A stretch of 64,000 nucleotides of DNA from assembly GCF_006345805.1 (NCBI RefSeq), contig NC_043005.1, positions 36,394,001 to 36,458,000 on the forward strand. The letters are read 5' to 3'. Source of the DNA: Octopus sinensis (lineage: Eukaryota). Below the pieces are notes generated by a model that ran no database searches, was not told where the DNA came from, and was given only the letters and a program-made list of their open reading frames with translations. Positions 39,715 through 53,415 of the stretch are shown in pieces. The stretch's first letter is position 1, and each line of letters starts with the position of its first letter. The position numbers were made by a program, and so were the translations under genes.

Positions 39715-40039
39715 TATATTCATTACTTATAACACACACACACGGTAGGAATTACATGTAATATAACTCGTTCAAGTTATTAGGAGACCAAACCTCTCTC
39801 CAAAGGTGTTTAATATTATTAAAAACGACAATATCACGCACACAAAGGAGGGAACTTCAACGAAATGATTTGATAGAAATTTGTGAGCAATATTGATAAT
39901 ACAAATTGGAATGGAAGTGGTACTAAAATCCAATCTGTTTCTTGTAATTTGACAGTGACGAGCTTTCTAGCAATTATGCGGCCCCGTTCTAACGGGCGTC
40001 AGATATTGATAGAGTTTAGATACTGAGTTACCTCAAGAT

Positions 40040-40215
40040 GGTTGTCGCTGTTTAGTCTTGGTTAACTATATTTAAGCCAACGGTGAACATCCCGTCTCTT
40101 TGCATATCAGCGGCTGACATTGTCCAATGTGTCCTTTATTTCAAACGACAGGAGTTGATTTCATGGATATTTGGTTACTATTTTTATCATCTTGAGCTAC
40201 CACTTAGAGGCTCAG
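40040..40215 (-). mobile_element. Family D fragment
   Basis: Minus strand reads ...aaaatagtaaccaaat...aaaggacacattggacaatgt...gacgggatgttcac...aagactaaacagcgac. Confidence 0.55.
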
Positions 40216-40544
40216 TTGGCTTAGATTTCGCTTACTGAGGTAATTAATGAAGTATTAAATTGTAAGCTAAGGAGGTCTCCTCCTTTGATTGTATTATGAA
40301 ATATAAATACCATCTATTAGTTAGGGTTGAACAGCAATACTTATGGGACTTTATACTCACAAATGAAATCGGGTTTTCGTTAGTAACGACGTCTAATTAG
40401 GTAACTACGATGCATAACGTATTAACACCTGAAATTTTTTCTCTAGCATAAGAGCTCATAAGGTTATCCGGTTTCCATGGTGTGGTCAAAATCCCAACAT
40501 ACCTCTTGAAAGGAACGATAGTCAGTTGCAGGGACCATCGAAGC

Positions 40545-40695
40545 AATTTTGTGGGGAAGAGGGGAGTCGATTATATCGACCCTTCTCCCTGTCCTCAGTA
40601 CTTGACTGGCATTTTATATTGTCGACCCAGAAAGGATGAAAGGCAAAGCTGACCTCGGTGGGATTTGAACTCAGAACGTAAAGAGTCGGAAGAAT
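40545..40695 (-). mobile_element. SINE family A, partial
   Basis: gtcgacccagaaaggatgaaaggcaaagctgacctcggtgggatttgaactcagaacgtaaagag. Confidence 0.85.
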
Positions 40696-42540
40696 ATTTT
40701 TACAATTTTATTTTATACAATTTCTAATAATATTCAATTATAGATATATATTATGATTCATTAAACAGGGAATGACCATGGGGGTACGCCAGAGTAAAAT
40801 AGGAATCACATGAGGTCCATAGATATAAAATGGCTGAGAATTACTGCTTTAAACTGATGGTTTGGTGCGAATGAACGGTATGTGTGATTTGATGGCGTAG
40901 TAAGGTGTGAAATAATAGTGTATTGTAATCTGATGCTATGGTATAAACGGATGGTATGGCAATGCGATCAGATTGTATGGAGTGATTGGAAGGTATGGTT
41001 TAATCTGGTCGTATGTTGTTCTTCGATGGTACTGGGTAATTGGAAGGTATGGCTTAATGTGATGGCACAGTGTGGATGGCATGGTATGAACTGATGGTGT
41101 GTCGATGGTATTGTTCGAGTTGTCTGCGATGATGACGAGACTTCTTGTTTTAGGTTGCAGTTGAGGGTAATTCGGTGGATCAGATATTAGGGGATTTTGC
41201 CGTAGGTGAGAATCTGGAGCATAAGATAGGGAGGGGAAGTGGGGAGAGACGGTGGGTGATGGGTTTGATATTGATGCTGCTTATGTGTGAAAAGTTGCTG
41301 CAATGGAAGAAACATGAATAGAAAATATTGGAAATGTGTGATTGATAGAATGACAGAGAGTAAAACAATTAAAATAAAATAAAATAAAATAAATAGATAA
41401 ATAAACAAAGAAGCGAACAAATAAAGAGAAAGAATACATGAAAGAATTAAAGGAAGAAAGAAATGAAAGCGCTTTATGAAAACAAATAAATGCAATGAAA
41501 GGGGTGAAAAAAATTTGATAAAGGCGCAAAGAAAAGAGTGGAGAATGAAAAATAAAAACCAATGAAATGAAGAAAAGAATGACTGAAAGATTTACTAAAG
41601 AGCAGAGAGAGGAAGGGAGAGAGAAAGGAAGAGAGAGAAGAAGGGAGATAAGAGAGAGAGAGAAAGTAGAAGAGGAAAAGAGAGGAGGACAGAGAGATAC
41701 AAAGGTGGTGATGGGGATTGATCGTTTCAGTGATGTGAAGATGTTAGTTTTCCAGATATTTAGTTTGGTGGACACGGTGATGTTGTTCATGTTACTTGTT
41801 TCTTAGCAACAGAGTATTTCAACAGAAGAAAAGCAACCGTGATGGGGATGTGGGCAGCGGCTATAACAGCAACAACAAAAACTAAAAAAAACAAAAACAA
41901 AAGCAAAAACAAAACACCCCCCCCACAAAAAAACAAAAAAAAAACAAAAACGGGAACGACAACAACAGTAACAATAGTATCGGCATCCTTGTCGTAGTCA
42001 CCGTCATTAACTTGGAGCAAGTCGAGACTGTTGTTATAATTATCGTCGTTATCCTAACCATCGTCATAAACATCAAAAGTTATCATCCTCATGGTCAATC
42101 ATTTGTCATCATAATCATCACCGTCGTCTGTCATTATTGTTATGTCTTCAACAATGTTATCACCAAACCCTTCTTCGTTATCATCGTCAGCATAATATTC
42201 GTCATAAATTTCATCGTCATAACCAACATTTCATTATCACACTCTATTCATTCCTCTCTACCGTTATCATAATCATCGCCGCCATCATCATCTTCGTCGT
42301 CGTCGTGTTATCGTCCTCGCCATCATAGCATTGTTGCCGTCATAATCATCACCATCTTCATCGTCGACACAGCCGCCGTCATCCTCATCACCTCCATTGT
42401 TATGGTTCGTTGCATCTCTGCTATTTCTCTTTGCAGAGACCTATTCTTCATACCAACACCGGTACCAGCTCTATCCTGTCTTAATAAATTTTCAAATTCA
42501 TTTTTGGTCTCTTTTCTTCTGTATTTCTTTAGATGTCTAA

Positions 42541-42576
<36 letters not shown>

Positions 42577-42769
42577 AATTGTCGTCATCATCATCTGCCA
42601 TCAGTTTTGTCATGATTATCGTCATCATCGTTGTATTCATAAACCACTTTCCCGTCCCATCATCATCATAATCAGCATAATATTATTCATAATTTTCATC
42701 AATTATATATTTTTATTTTCCCATTCTTTCATTAAAAATTTAAAAATCGATATCGACGCAGACATAGCT

Positions 42770-42905
42770 GTTTGATAAATAGTTCTCTTTCAAACCACAT
42801 GGTTCAATCCCCTTGCGTGGCACCTAGAGCAATTGTTTTGTACTTGGGCTGACCAAAGCCTTGTGAGTGGATTTGGTAGATAGAAACTGAAAGAAGCCCA
42901 TCACA
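42770..42905 (+). mobile_element. SINE family B, 5' module
   Basis: aaccacatggttcaatccccttgcgtggcacctagagcaa...gaccaaagccttgtgagtggatttggtagatagaaactgaaagaagccc. Confidence 0.8.
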
Positions 42906-43114
42906 CACACACAAATTCCAAATACTAAAACAACTGTGCTGTTCCAATCCCACATTTTTTGAAGCAGAAAACTCTAAAAAAAAATGATTATCCTTATGTT
43001 ATAAGGAAGCATGGCTGAAACGAGTAAAAGAATAAAAGGATAAAATAATTAGTACCAGTTTGGAAAGTAGACAGAGTTAATTATAAATGGTCATATTTTA
43101 ACGAGGGTCGGGGA

Positions 43115-43310
43115 CAGTGGGTGGCTTAGTGGTTAGGATGCTAGACTCATGATCATAAGATTGCGGTTTCAATTCCTGAACTGGGGAACGCTTTGTGTTC
43201 TTGAGTAAAATATTTCATTTCAGATTGCTCCCGTCCACTCAGCAAAAATGAATAATCCTGCGAAGGACCGGCGCTACGGAAACCGAGAAACTGGTCCTAA
43301 GAATCTGTAT
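43115..43310 (+). mobile_element. Diverged tRNA-headed SINE (CORE-like and V-like segments)
   Basis: A box tggcttagtgg, B box ggtttcaattcc, tgttcttgagtaaaat (CORE-like), cctgcgaaggaccggc...cggaaaccgagaaactgg (resembles the 35077 tail). Confidence 0.7.
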
Positions 43311-43336
43311 ATCCTGAGAAAGATCCTTATCTATTG

Positions 43337-43540
43337 AGGCGGTAAGCTGGCGGAATCGTTAGCACGCCGGCAAAAATGCTTAGCGGCATTTCGTCCTTGT
43401 TTACATTCTGAGTTCAATTTCCACCGAGGTTGACTTAGCCTTTCATCCTTTCGCAGTCGATAAAATAAGTACCAACGATTTGATCGACTTACCTCTATCC
43501 CAAACTTCCTGTTTCAAATCCCAAAATTGAAGCCAATATA
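43337..43540 (+). mobile_element. SINE family A, older tail type
   Basis: aggcggtaagctggcggaatcgttagcacgccgg...gagttcaatttccaccgaggttgacttagcctttcatcctttc. Confidence 0.9.
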
Positions 43541-43683
43541 TTAGTGGTGTGTGTGTGATGTCTTAATGAATTTTGATTGATGTAAATCCACATATGCGTG
43601 ACACATATATACGAACTTACATCAGCTCGTATATATATATAAAGACACACACACACGAACTTACATCAGTTCGTATACACAAA

Positions 43684-43732
<49 letters not shown>

Positions 43733-45022
43733 TGAGTTCGCGTTAACGCGTCTTCCTGTGTAAGTGCGTGTCATCACGATCTGTATGCACCCAATATGTT
43801 TGTATATACATATATATTTGTTATATACTTATGTATATGTATAAATATATGTGTGTGTGTGTATGTGTACATATAAGCACACACATATATATATATATCT
43901 CTATATATAGATACAAAGAGACATCTGTGTGCGTCTGTATATATATGTGTGTATAAATCTGTTTATAAATACACACACGTTGGTATATATTCACGCAGGA
44001 GCCTGTGGGCGCGCGTGTATATAATTATCTATTTATACATACAAATAGAAAAGTATGATTAAGTTCCCTGGAATAATTTCCTGTTTTTCGGCCGAGAATA
44101 CCTTACTGAACAAAGAGAGCCGCTTGCACTCTTCTGAGACTCTGAGACAGTTTCACAAATAGCAAATAGAAAAAGACTTCGACCAATATTGGATTTTGAT
44201 TTAAAGGCATTTACTTTGTTTTATGTTGTTTATATGTTGTTTGTTGTTTGTTTGTATCAACATGTCGTAAAAGAAGTCTTAGATGCTTGGTTTGCCAAGG
44301 AAACGTCTCTCCAACTCTCTCCCCTCTACTCATTGCTTTACCATTCTTCCAGTTATGTTGCGAAACAATTTCCATTAACATTCGGACTTCGACATCAATC
44401 CTATCAATGATACTTGACATCAACAACTAATTTTCCTATAACATAAATTCTCACACCCACACACATACACGCACACACACACACACACCACACTTCATAT
44501 GTGTATTCATTATATATGAATATACGTTATACGTATATAAATATATAAATACATTGAGTGTGTGTATATTTATACACATATTAAAGTGTGTGTGTGTGTG
44601 CGTATTTGTGTGTATTTATATGCACACATACATATTTATATGTGCATATCTATATGACATACATACAGACATATATATATATATCCGTTATATGTATTTG
44701 CTTTTTCCCCTCTACATTATATATAACTATATGAATTAAATATATCCACTATATATGATTAGATATTGCACATATACACTCGTATGTTATCGCTTTCCTT
44801 CTATATTCCATATATAAATACAATAAATGCATATAAACTTCATATACATTTAAATATGTGTACACACACTCTCTCTTTCTCTCTCTCTCTCTCCCACGCA
44901 CAATAACATTATAGACTGTACACAGGCACATTTATGTATATTCGTCAAATTCTCTTTTATGCCATGCCTTCCGATACTAAAAAGTACATCAACATTTATT
45001 ATACACTCATATCTATCTATCG

Positions 45023-45128
<106 letters not shown>

Positions 45129-46189
45129 GTTTGTCTGTCTGTGTGCCTGTCTCTCTGACTGTATGTTTGTCTGTCGGTCTGCCTGTACAACATACATATA
45201 TCGGGGCAATGTAATATAGTTTTGTAGTCCATATTAAGAATATAATTTATAAAAAAGATAAGAAAATTAAAATTACTCGATGAAAAATTATGGAACAAAA
45301 GTAGAAAAAATTCTCCAGTTTCTCTATCGTCTTGTTTGGAGGTGAATTTTTTTAGAAAATGTCATACATACCTGTACTCATGATGAAATACAAGTTAATC
45401 CATACACACGCCAACTTAAAAGCCCGCCGCACCAAAACATATACACGCTGCGCCGACAGACACACGCATTCATATGCGCAAAAGCACACGCACGTTTCTC
45501 TCTTTTCCTCATACATATCACGTGCATATTCGTGCACTCGTAAACATAGACAGATGAATGGATCTACCTAGTAAGTTTATGCATGCAATAGTGTAAATAT
45601 GCTCTTTGTTTTTAATCCCTTTGCCAGTTCTGACGAAGGAGACCAATGAGCAATAGCCTTCCAGCTGTGAATGAGAAATTTGGTTGCTAGTTTTAGGACC
45701 TGAAGTGTCCACCTTGGAGCTCCCTCGGCCTGTTGCGTTTCAAACAACAATACAACACCATCTCTAAAGATCTGGAGAATTGATAATTTGTTGTTTTTCT
45801 GCATGTATTTTTAGAAATATTTCTCAAGTGCTTGATGTGTGACGGAAGGCGATATCCGACCTTTTTCTTTTGGGTTTTCGAATCACAACAACTAGAACTA
45901 AATCTGTAGAACAAGGAATTCTGCTGGTAGAGGTTTGTGAAATTGCAAGACGTTGTCGAGGTTGTTGGTTAAACCTTACAGGAAAGTAAGAAATTATTAA
46001 TGAAGCAACGCTTGTACCAAACATGAGCGTTGGTTTTTACTGATATAATTACAAGGGGAAACTGGGGAGAAGGCGGGCGATGCTAAGAACAATGAGAATT
46101 GCAGCGAATGTAATATTGGGTCAGAGCCATTGCCAAATACATAAAACAAAATGAGTCAACGTCAAAGCTTCGATCAAATCGCTTGACTC

Positions 46190-46362
46190 ATTGGAAATAG
46201 CAGCCAATCTCCTCCAAATCACAACGCACTTGTCATGTAGCAGGATGTATAAATTCTGCCTTTATGTTCACTGCTTATTAAAATGAAGAGATGGTTGCCA
46301 CGGCTGGAACGTCCTTGAACTGTGAGAGGTTTTCCTCAATGAGAATTAACCTGGGTTAAACA
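46190..46362 (+). mobile_element. Family D fragment; host of the nested family C insertion
   Basis: gaaatagcagccaatctcctccaaatcaca...gatggttgccacggctggaa...aacctgggttaaacagcagc. Confidence 0.6.
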
Positions 46363-46377
46363 GCAGCAGTAGTAGTG

Positions 46378-46748
46378 GAGGCGCAATGGCCCAGTGGTTA
46401 GAGCAGCGGACTCACGGTCGGAGGATCGCGGTTTCGATTCCCAGACTGGGCATTGTGTGTGTTTATTAAGCGAAAACACCTAAAGCTCCACGAGGCTCCG
46501 GCAGGGGGTGGTGGCGACCCCTGTTGTACCCTTTCGCTCCAAATTTATTTCTCTCACTCTTTTTTCCTGTTTCTTGTCCCCGACTTCCTAAGCAACTGCT
46601 GGGCCTGGAAGCGCATTCATCCATCCGTCGATGCTCTCGGTGTCGGGGGTTGACCTGCTTTCTCTTCTGCGGGTCTTACGAATAGCGAAGGACCACGTTT
46701 CGGACTTCTCCCGCTGGGACGAAGACCACTTCGCTCAACAGCAACAGC
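46378..46748 (+). mobile_element. SINE family C, tail variant 3 ((CAACAG)n tail, 13-bp TSD)
   Basis: Head ggcgcaatggcccagtggttagagcagcggactc..ggtttcgattcc. Shared body to 46560, then a unique tail with hairpin cgaag-acca-cttcg (46720-46733). aacagcagcagta occurs at 46359-46371 and 46749-46761. Confidence 0.9.
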
Positions 46749-46917
46749 AACAGCAGCAGTAACGTAACCTAAATAGTATCGGTCTGTCTATCTATGATCT
46801 ATAATTTTGTAACAACTCAACCACCATCTTTAAAGGTTACGTCATAATATAACCTGATATCTGTTGTTTATACTTTTACTCCATTATGCATATATATATG
46901 CACACATGTATACAAGC

Positions 46918-47103
46918 TCCCTACCATCGCTTGATGACCGACCCTGGTGTGTTTATGACCCCGTAACTTAGCGGTTCTACAAAATAGACCGATATAATAA
47001 GTACCAAGCTTACAAAGAATAAGTCCTGGGGTCGATTTGTTCGACTAAAAGGCGGTGCTCCAGCATGGCTGCAGTCAGATGACTGTAACAAATAAAAGAA
47101 TAA
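46918..47103 (+). mobile_element. SINE family B, 3' module
   Basis: ccatcgcttgatgaccgaccctggtgtgtttatgaccccgtaacttagcggttc...cgactaaaaggcggtgctccagcatgg...aaataaaagaata. Confidence 0.85.
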
Positions 47104-47271
47104 TATATATATGTATATGTTTTCCTGGGGTTAAAAAAGGTAGTAGTAACACCGTCCTAATCAAGACTGTCATTTTACACGTTGGCAAATAGACCTTACT
47201 CTTTCTCTCTGTATATGTATCTGTCTACATCGTTATCTGCCTCTGTGTCTTTCCGTCTGTCTGTCTGTCTG

Positions 47272-47339
<68 letters not shown>

Positions 47340-47384
47340 AAATACTAAATTGCTCATTCATTAGATTGTTTTCAGTTACTGTAG

Positions 47385-47575
47385 TTTTTATAGCCCCAGG
47401 TCAGTCGTTAACCGAGGGTGCATAAAATCAAAAGCTTTCCACTAGTGACATCCCGTTTCTAGTTCATAGGAACAAGGCTATGTAATCCACTTAGTCCTTC
47501 TTTTCAAAGACGCCTTAGAGTAATCTGAGGAAAATATGGCTGCTGTTTCTAACAACATGAGCGACATGACAAATT
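47385..47575 (-). mobile_element. Family D fragment
   Basis: Minus strand reads agaaacagcagccat...aaaagaaggac...gggatgtcac...ctgacctggggcta. Confidence 0.6.
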
Positions 47576-48356
47576 CATAACTACCAAGTAAATATCATAT
47601 TTAAGTGTGAAAGATTATTTTCGAGTCCCAAATGTCGTTGATTCAGCAGGAAGCTATTTTGTTTCATGTCTGTTATCTAACACAGAAACATAAAAAAAAA
47701 AGGTTAAGAGTTTAGACACGTAACGAATTTCCAATGATTCTGAACTTGAAAAACGCATGTTTCGTTACTGAAATGTGTGAAGTATCGTGTGGAGTGACAT
47801 CGTATCATAAACTAAAATGCTAAAATAAGCAAACAAATGAATGTATAAAGAAAATATTAAAAAAAATTGTTGATATGTTAAAACCGTAGAGTTTAATAAT
47901 ATAATACGAGTGAATGTCAGACATTCTATATATTTTTAGTTGACAAATCATAATGTTGTTCGTTTGCTAATGTGATTTTAAAAATAACATAGGGAACGAG
48001 AAAGAAAGCCATGCCGAATGCTGCTGCTTTCTTTTCTATCAGAAAATAAAATAGGGGGAGAACAATAACAAATCATTATCTGATTGTCATATTGACTTTT
48101 ATGTTCGGTAAAGAATATATTGACGACCTTTAGATCGAATAGTGAATAAACAAACAGATAAAAAGATGGCGTGGGTGACTTTAACACGAGACCAGGTTTT
48201 AGCTGAGTGTGTATCTATATCGTATGTATAAAGGCACATCATTATTGAATTAGTTTTGAATCAGATAAACTAAGAAGGCAGAAGATCGTATCGAAGAGTA
48301 TGACACAACAACTGCAAACTTTCTGTAAGTGTATGTGTGTGTGTGTATGTATGCAT

Positions 48357-48729
48357 ATGTGGTTGTGTGGTAAGGAGCTTGCTTCCCAACCACAAGGTTC
48401 CGGGCTCAGTCCTACTGCGTGGCACCTTGAGCATGTGTCTTCTACTTTAGCCTCAGGCCGACCAAAGCCTTGTGAGTGGATTTGGTAAACGGAAAATTGG
48501 AAGAAGCCCGGCGTATATGTGTGTAAGTGTGTCTGTGTTTGTCACCACACCATCGCTTCACAACCCATGCTGGTGTGTTTAAGTCCCCATAACTTAGCAG
48601 TTCGGCAAAAGAACCGATAGAATAAATACTAGGTTTACAAAGAATAAGTCCTGGGATTACTCGTTCGACTAAAGGCGGTGCTCCAGCATAGCCGCAGTCA
48701 AATAACTAAAAAGGTAAAAGAATAAAAGA
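48357..48729 (+). mobile_element. SINE family B, full length
   Basis: Complete head, CORE-like segment, short internal TG tract and 3' module. Confidence 0.9.
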
Positions 48730-48822
48730 CTATGAATATCTATCTGTCTATCTATCCGTGATCTATCTATTTATCCATCTATTTATATATCTCTCTCTAT
48801 CTCTCTATATATATACATATAA

Positions 48823-48934
<112 letters not shown>

Positions 48935-48999
48935 GCATATATACATGCATATATGTACATACCTACATATATATGTGTACATATATGCATTAATGAGTA

Positions 49000-49837
49000 C
49001 AGGGCAAAACAAAGCGTAAATGTGAAATACGAAAACAACGTGAAATGCGAAGACAAACTTGGGTATGCGAACAACGAGATAAACAAATGGAAAATAAGAC
49101 AAGTAACATAAAGAACGACCCTTCATCAGTGGTTGGCCGTCCATCTAATCCTCATTTCGAGCAATTAACGACAATACGAGGCTTCGAAAGGCAGTTGCTC
49201 CGACAAAAGCCAAAATAAAATTTGGGATTTGTGGAGGGTCAAAGTTAGTAAGAAAAACAGGACAGTGGAGACATACAACAAACAAAAAGAAAACAAAAAT
49301 GGAGGGCCCTTAGGCCAGACGAGGTAAGGTAGCGAACGCTGGAGGAATCGCGTTTTTGACAAGAGAAAAGATAGAAGAGGAGACAGATAAGAATGCATCT
49401 GGTCTGTAAGACAGACTGAAAGAAAACAAAAATGATCACGTGAGGAAAAAAAAGATGGACGATGGTCACGCGTGATCAACGAGAGAGAATAAAGGAGAAA
49501 GAGAGATGGAGAGAGGGGGAGACAGATAGAAAACGGTGAAGGGGAGAAAAAAGATTTAGAGAAAGGATGAGAGTAAAATTTACCAACGTTGACCCTCCTC
49601 AAATACCAAATTATATTTTGGCTTTTGTGGCAGCAACTGCCTTTCGAAGTCTCATATTGTCGTTAATTGTTCGAAATCAGGAGTAGATGAACAGCCAACA
49701 ACTGATGAAGGGTCGTTCTTTATGTTACTTGTCTTGTTTTCCATTTGTTTCTCTCGTTGTTCGCATACGAAAGTTTGTCTTCGTATTTCATGTTGTTTTT
49801 GTATTTCATTTTTACGTTTTGTGACGTATTGTACCCA
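49000..49837. mobile_element. Foldback / non-autonomous DNA transposon with ~255-bp TIRs, TA-flanked
   Basis: 49000-~49258 is the reverse complement of ~49579-49837 (e.g. aagacaagtaacataaagaacgacccttcatcag vs ctgatgaagggtcgttctttatgttacttgtctt). Termini are TA|CAGGG.. and ..gtaccca|TA. The GA-rich spacer has no recognisable ORF. Confidence 0.9.
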
Positions 49838-49947
49838 TATATGCATATATACACACATATATATATATCTATATATATATGCATATACATATATATACAT
49901 ATATATACATATATATATACATATATATTATATATATATATATATAT

Positions 49948-50019
<72 letters not shown>

Positions 50020-50569
50020 TATATATATTGTATTTATATTATTATATGATTGAACGCCACGCATCCATTTCCCAGTAAGTTTTCCTTAATAATTTTGACG
50101 CAACTCTACCCTGTAAGGTACTCTCTCTTCCTTTCTCTCATTTTTTTCTCCCCTTCCCCCTCTTTCGTTTTTTTTCTCTCTTATCCTTTCTCTAATCCTT
50201 TTTCCTTCCCATCACCGTTTTCTATCTTCCTCTCTTTATCTCTCTCTCTCTTTTTCTCTTTTACTCTCTCTCATTGCTCACACGACGCTTGCTTTATCAT
50301 TCTTCAACATATCATTCACACAAACATATATATATATATATATTTGTGTGTATATATATATGCATATATATATATATTATATATACATGAGATAAACATC
50401 TCATAAATAAATCCAAATTAATTAAGTGCTCAATTGATAACAGGCCATTAAACACCATCATGTTATTAAATTGCAGTAAATCCAAGTGGGAACGATTTGC
50501 ATGCATATATGTATGTACATGATCGGCTAAAGCTATCTTTAAGAGTAACATATTTAGAATGAAAGTTAT

Positions 50570-50700
50570 AGGGACATAAGCACACCAACACCGGTTGTAA
50601 AGCTATAGTGGGGGACAAACACACACTCTCATACACATATGCACACGACGGTCTTCTTTTCAGTTTCTGTCAACCAACTCCTCTCAAAAGGCTTTGGTAG
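50570..50700 (-). mobile_element. SINE family B, central fragment
   Basis: cataagcacaccaacaccggttgtaaagc...gacaaacacac...gacggtcttctttcagtttct. Confidence 0.7.
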
Positions 50701-52184
50701 GTGGGCATATATGATAACTATGATGGTTACTCACGGTACAAAACCAACAATTTCTGACGGGAAGGTTTTAACTGACTACAGTATTTGGTAAAGTTGCTTC
50801 CTGCTATATTTTGAACTCACAACGTAAAGATCCGATGTTACACGCTAGAAAAACTCGTTTCATTTTATTCTGCCGATTTACTGCCGACCAAATGGTCCCA
50901 TTTCAAGAACTGGGGTAACTTTTCCGTATTCGTTGATTATTGAACTTTCGAGAGGTAACTTACGTATGAAATAGAAAGTAAAAATCAATTAAAAGAAGGA
51001 TATGGTAACTTGAAATTACTTTGACGTGAGTTTTAGGATTAGCCATTTAGAACAATATTTATTCAACAGGTTTTAGGAACCAAATTAGACGTTTCAACCA
51101 TGCAATCTACATCACACACCTTGCCTTGATCATGGTCAACGTACTGTAACGTCACATGCTCATTTAACATGGCGAACAAACCAACGAAATCAGGTTTTGC
51201 TGTGGAGATATTTCTGTAGAACAGAATAGCTAGCAATATATAATGATTATTGTCATATGACTCTGATGTGCAAAGCAGTCAACGATTTAATAACCGGAGC
51301 AAGTATCCGACACTCGAATACTATAACAGTGCTCTAAATTCAGTGTGGTGAGATAAAGATATATGAAAGAACGATCAAAGGCGAGAGGAGAGAATAAATC
51401 TTCAGGGAACAGTAAAACAAAATAATCGTTTGATGCTTGCATGTTGTCCTTGCTTTGATGTGATTGCTGCATGGTGACCTCGCTTTAGTATGGCGACTGC
51501 GTAGAAAAGAGAGAAACGATGCTGATAAATGAGGCTACAATGTGGACAAAGATTCCGGATATTCTCTTGTATATGAGATAGAGACGTGTGCATATGAGTG
51601 TTCGTATTGACATGCTTATACAAATGTTTTTTTGTTTTTTTTCTGACTGAAGATAACAAAATATTGCATACGTGTTCGAAAGTCATTGCAAGTCATCGAT
51701 ACGTTAGCTATGCAAATGGTTCCACCTAAAATCAGATCCGTCTGTGAAGAAACAAACTGAACTAGATTAAATGTAACGGTGTTCCAAACTCTATCCTTAT
51801 ATATTTAGTTAATTGAAACTTATTGCACCGTTTCCATACGCTTTTTCGTTCAGTTGCTCTACAATGACCCGGATGTAATTGAATAGCATACACAGGAAGT
51901 GCAGCCTCCATTAGCAGCCCCACAATCCTTGCCAGTTTTCGGTGCAAAGTCTATTATTTTCTATTGATTCTCCACCAATCTTCTTTCTCCATTGCTTTCC
52001 TTCCCTTTCTCTGTATATCATTCTTCTCTTCCTTTGCTTTCTCTTCATCTTTTATCTTCCTTTCTCATTCTTTTCCTCTAGCCTTGTCTCACTCTCTCTT
52101 TTCATCTCTCTCTCTCTCTCCTTCTTGTTTACAAACCATTTCACGTATCGTATATCTTACATAGAAGCTTTTGCATACAATTCC

Positions 52185-52278
<94 letters not shown>

Positions 52279-52511
52279 GCCACTTCTCTTTTCTTCTTTT
52301 TCTCTTCTTTTTCTTTTCTTAATGTATGCATATGTGCATTAATATATAAGTGCACGCCCCCACACACGCAAACATCTATATGAATATGGATTTAAACATG
52401 TTTTATATCTATATGTATTGAAAAAAATTTTTTATATGTTTTACTTGTTTCAGTCATTAGACTGAGGCCATTTCATTACATATATATATATGTATATATA
52501 TGTATATATGT

Positions 52512-52589
<78 letters not shown>

Positions 52590-53377
52590 TGTGTGTGTGT
52601 GTGTGTGTGTATGCATTCATCTATGTGTGCACAATACTCGTATATAAAAACAACATTGATGTTCTTGTTTCTTCCGTCTTTTCCTCGAGGTCGATGAATT
52701 AAGTACCAGTACTGAGTTCGATGAATCGATTATCGACCCCTAAAATACGTGATTCTATGTGATACGTGCGCCAAATGTAGTGAACCATTATAATTCGAGT
52801 CACGTTTAAGTACTTTCCTTTACATACTCGCTTCATATCTCGCCCAATATAATTTTGCCATTAATACCAGTTACATATTGAGGTAGAAGAATCGATTAAA
52901 TACCATTTCCTAATGGTACCAAATGTGAACTCTGAATTACTGAAAAACTAAACGTTATACAATAAACAGATAACATCTTAAACATTAGGGATGAAAACTT
53001 CTCTTCCTGCATACGCAAGCAATATTTTACACTCAAATACTTTTAAGAAGAGCCACCTTCTGCGACGGTAATCCATCCAGAGTAGCCCCTTTATTGAACA
53101 TGAAATCTGAACACACATAGAATACAAAGCTCCACACACAGAAGAAATGTGCCCCAATAATGAACTACCTCAGCACACAAATATAAGAACACTACACCTA
53201 GAACAAAAACAAAATAATGCAGACAGATTTACCACACAATTGCTTGCCCAAAAAGCAAATCCAAAGAAGACAAATATTCAAAAGATACCACCTAAGAGTA
53301 GCGTTCGTTGATTCATTAGTTTATTCCCTAGAATACACACACACACACATACGAACACACGCACACGCTCACATGTC

Positions 53378-53415
<38 letters not shown>

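Noticed and set aside
45628-45690. CTGACGAAGG hammerhead-like start
   Set aside because: GAAA is not contiguous with the stem; no stem III or NUH.
45571-45995. Plus-strand exon candidates with good-looking splice sites
   Set aside because: All frames hit early stops, the implied intron is only 57 nt and no family is recognised.
49660-49720. GAAA...CTGATGA within the foldback arms as a type II hammerhead
   Set aside because: Stems I and III cannot be formed with a valid NUH triplet in either arm.
53108-53310. A/C-rich ~65-codon open frame (possible LINE relic)
   Set aside because: No RT or endonuclease motif recognisable.
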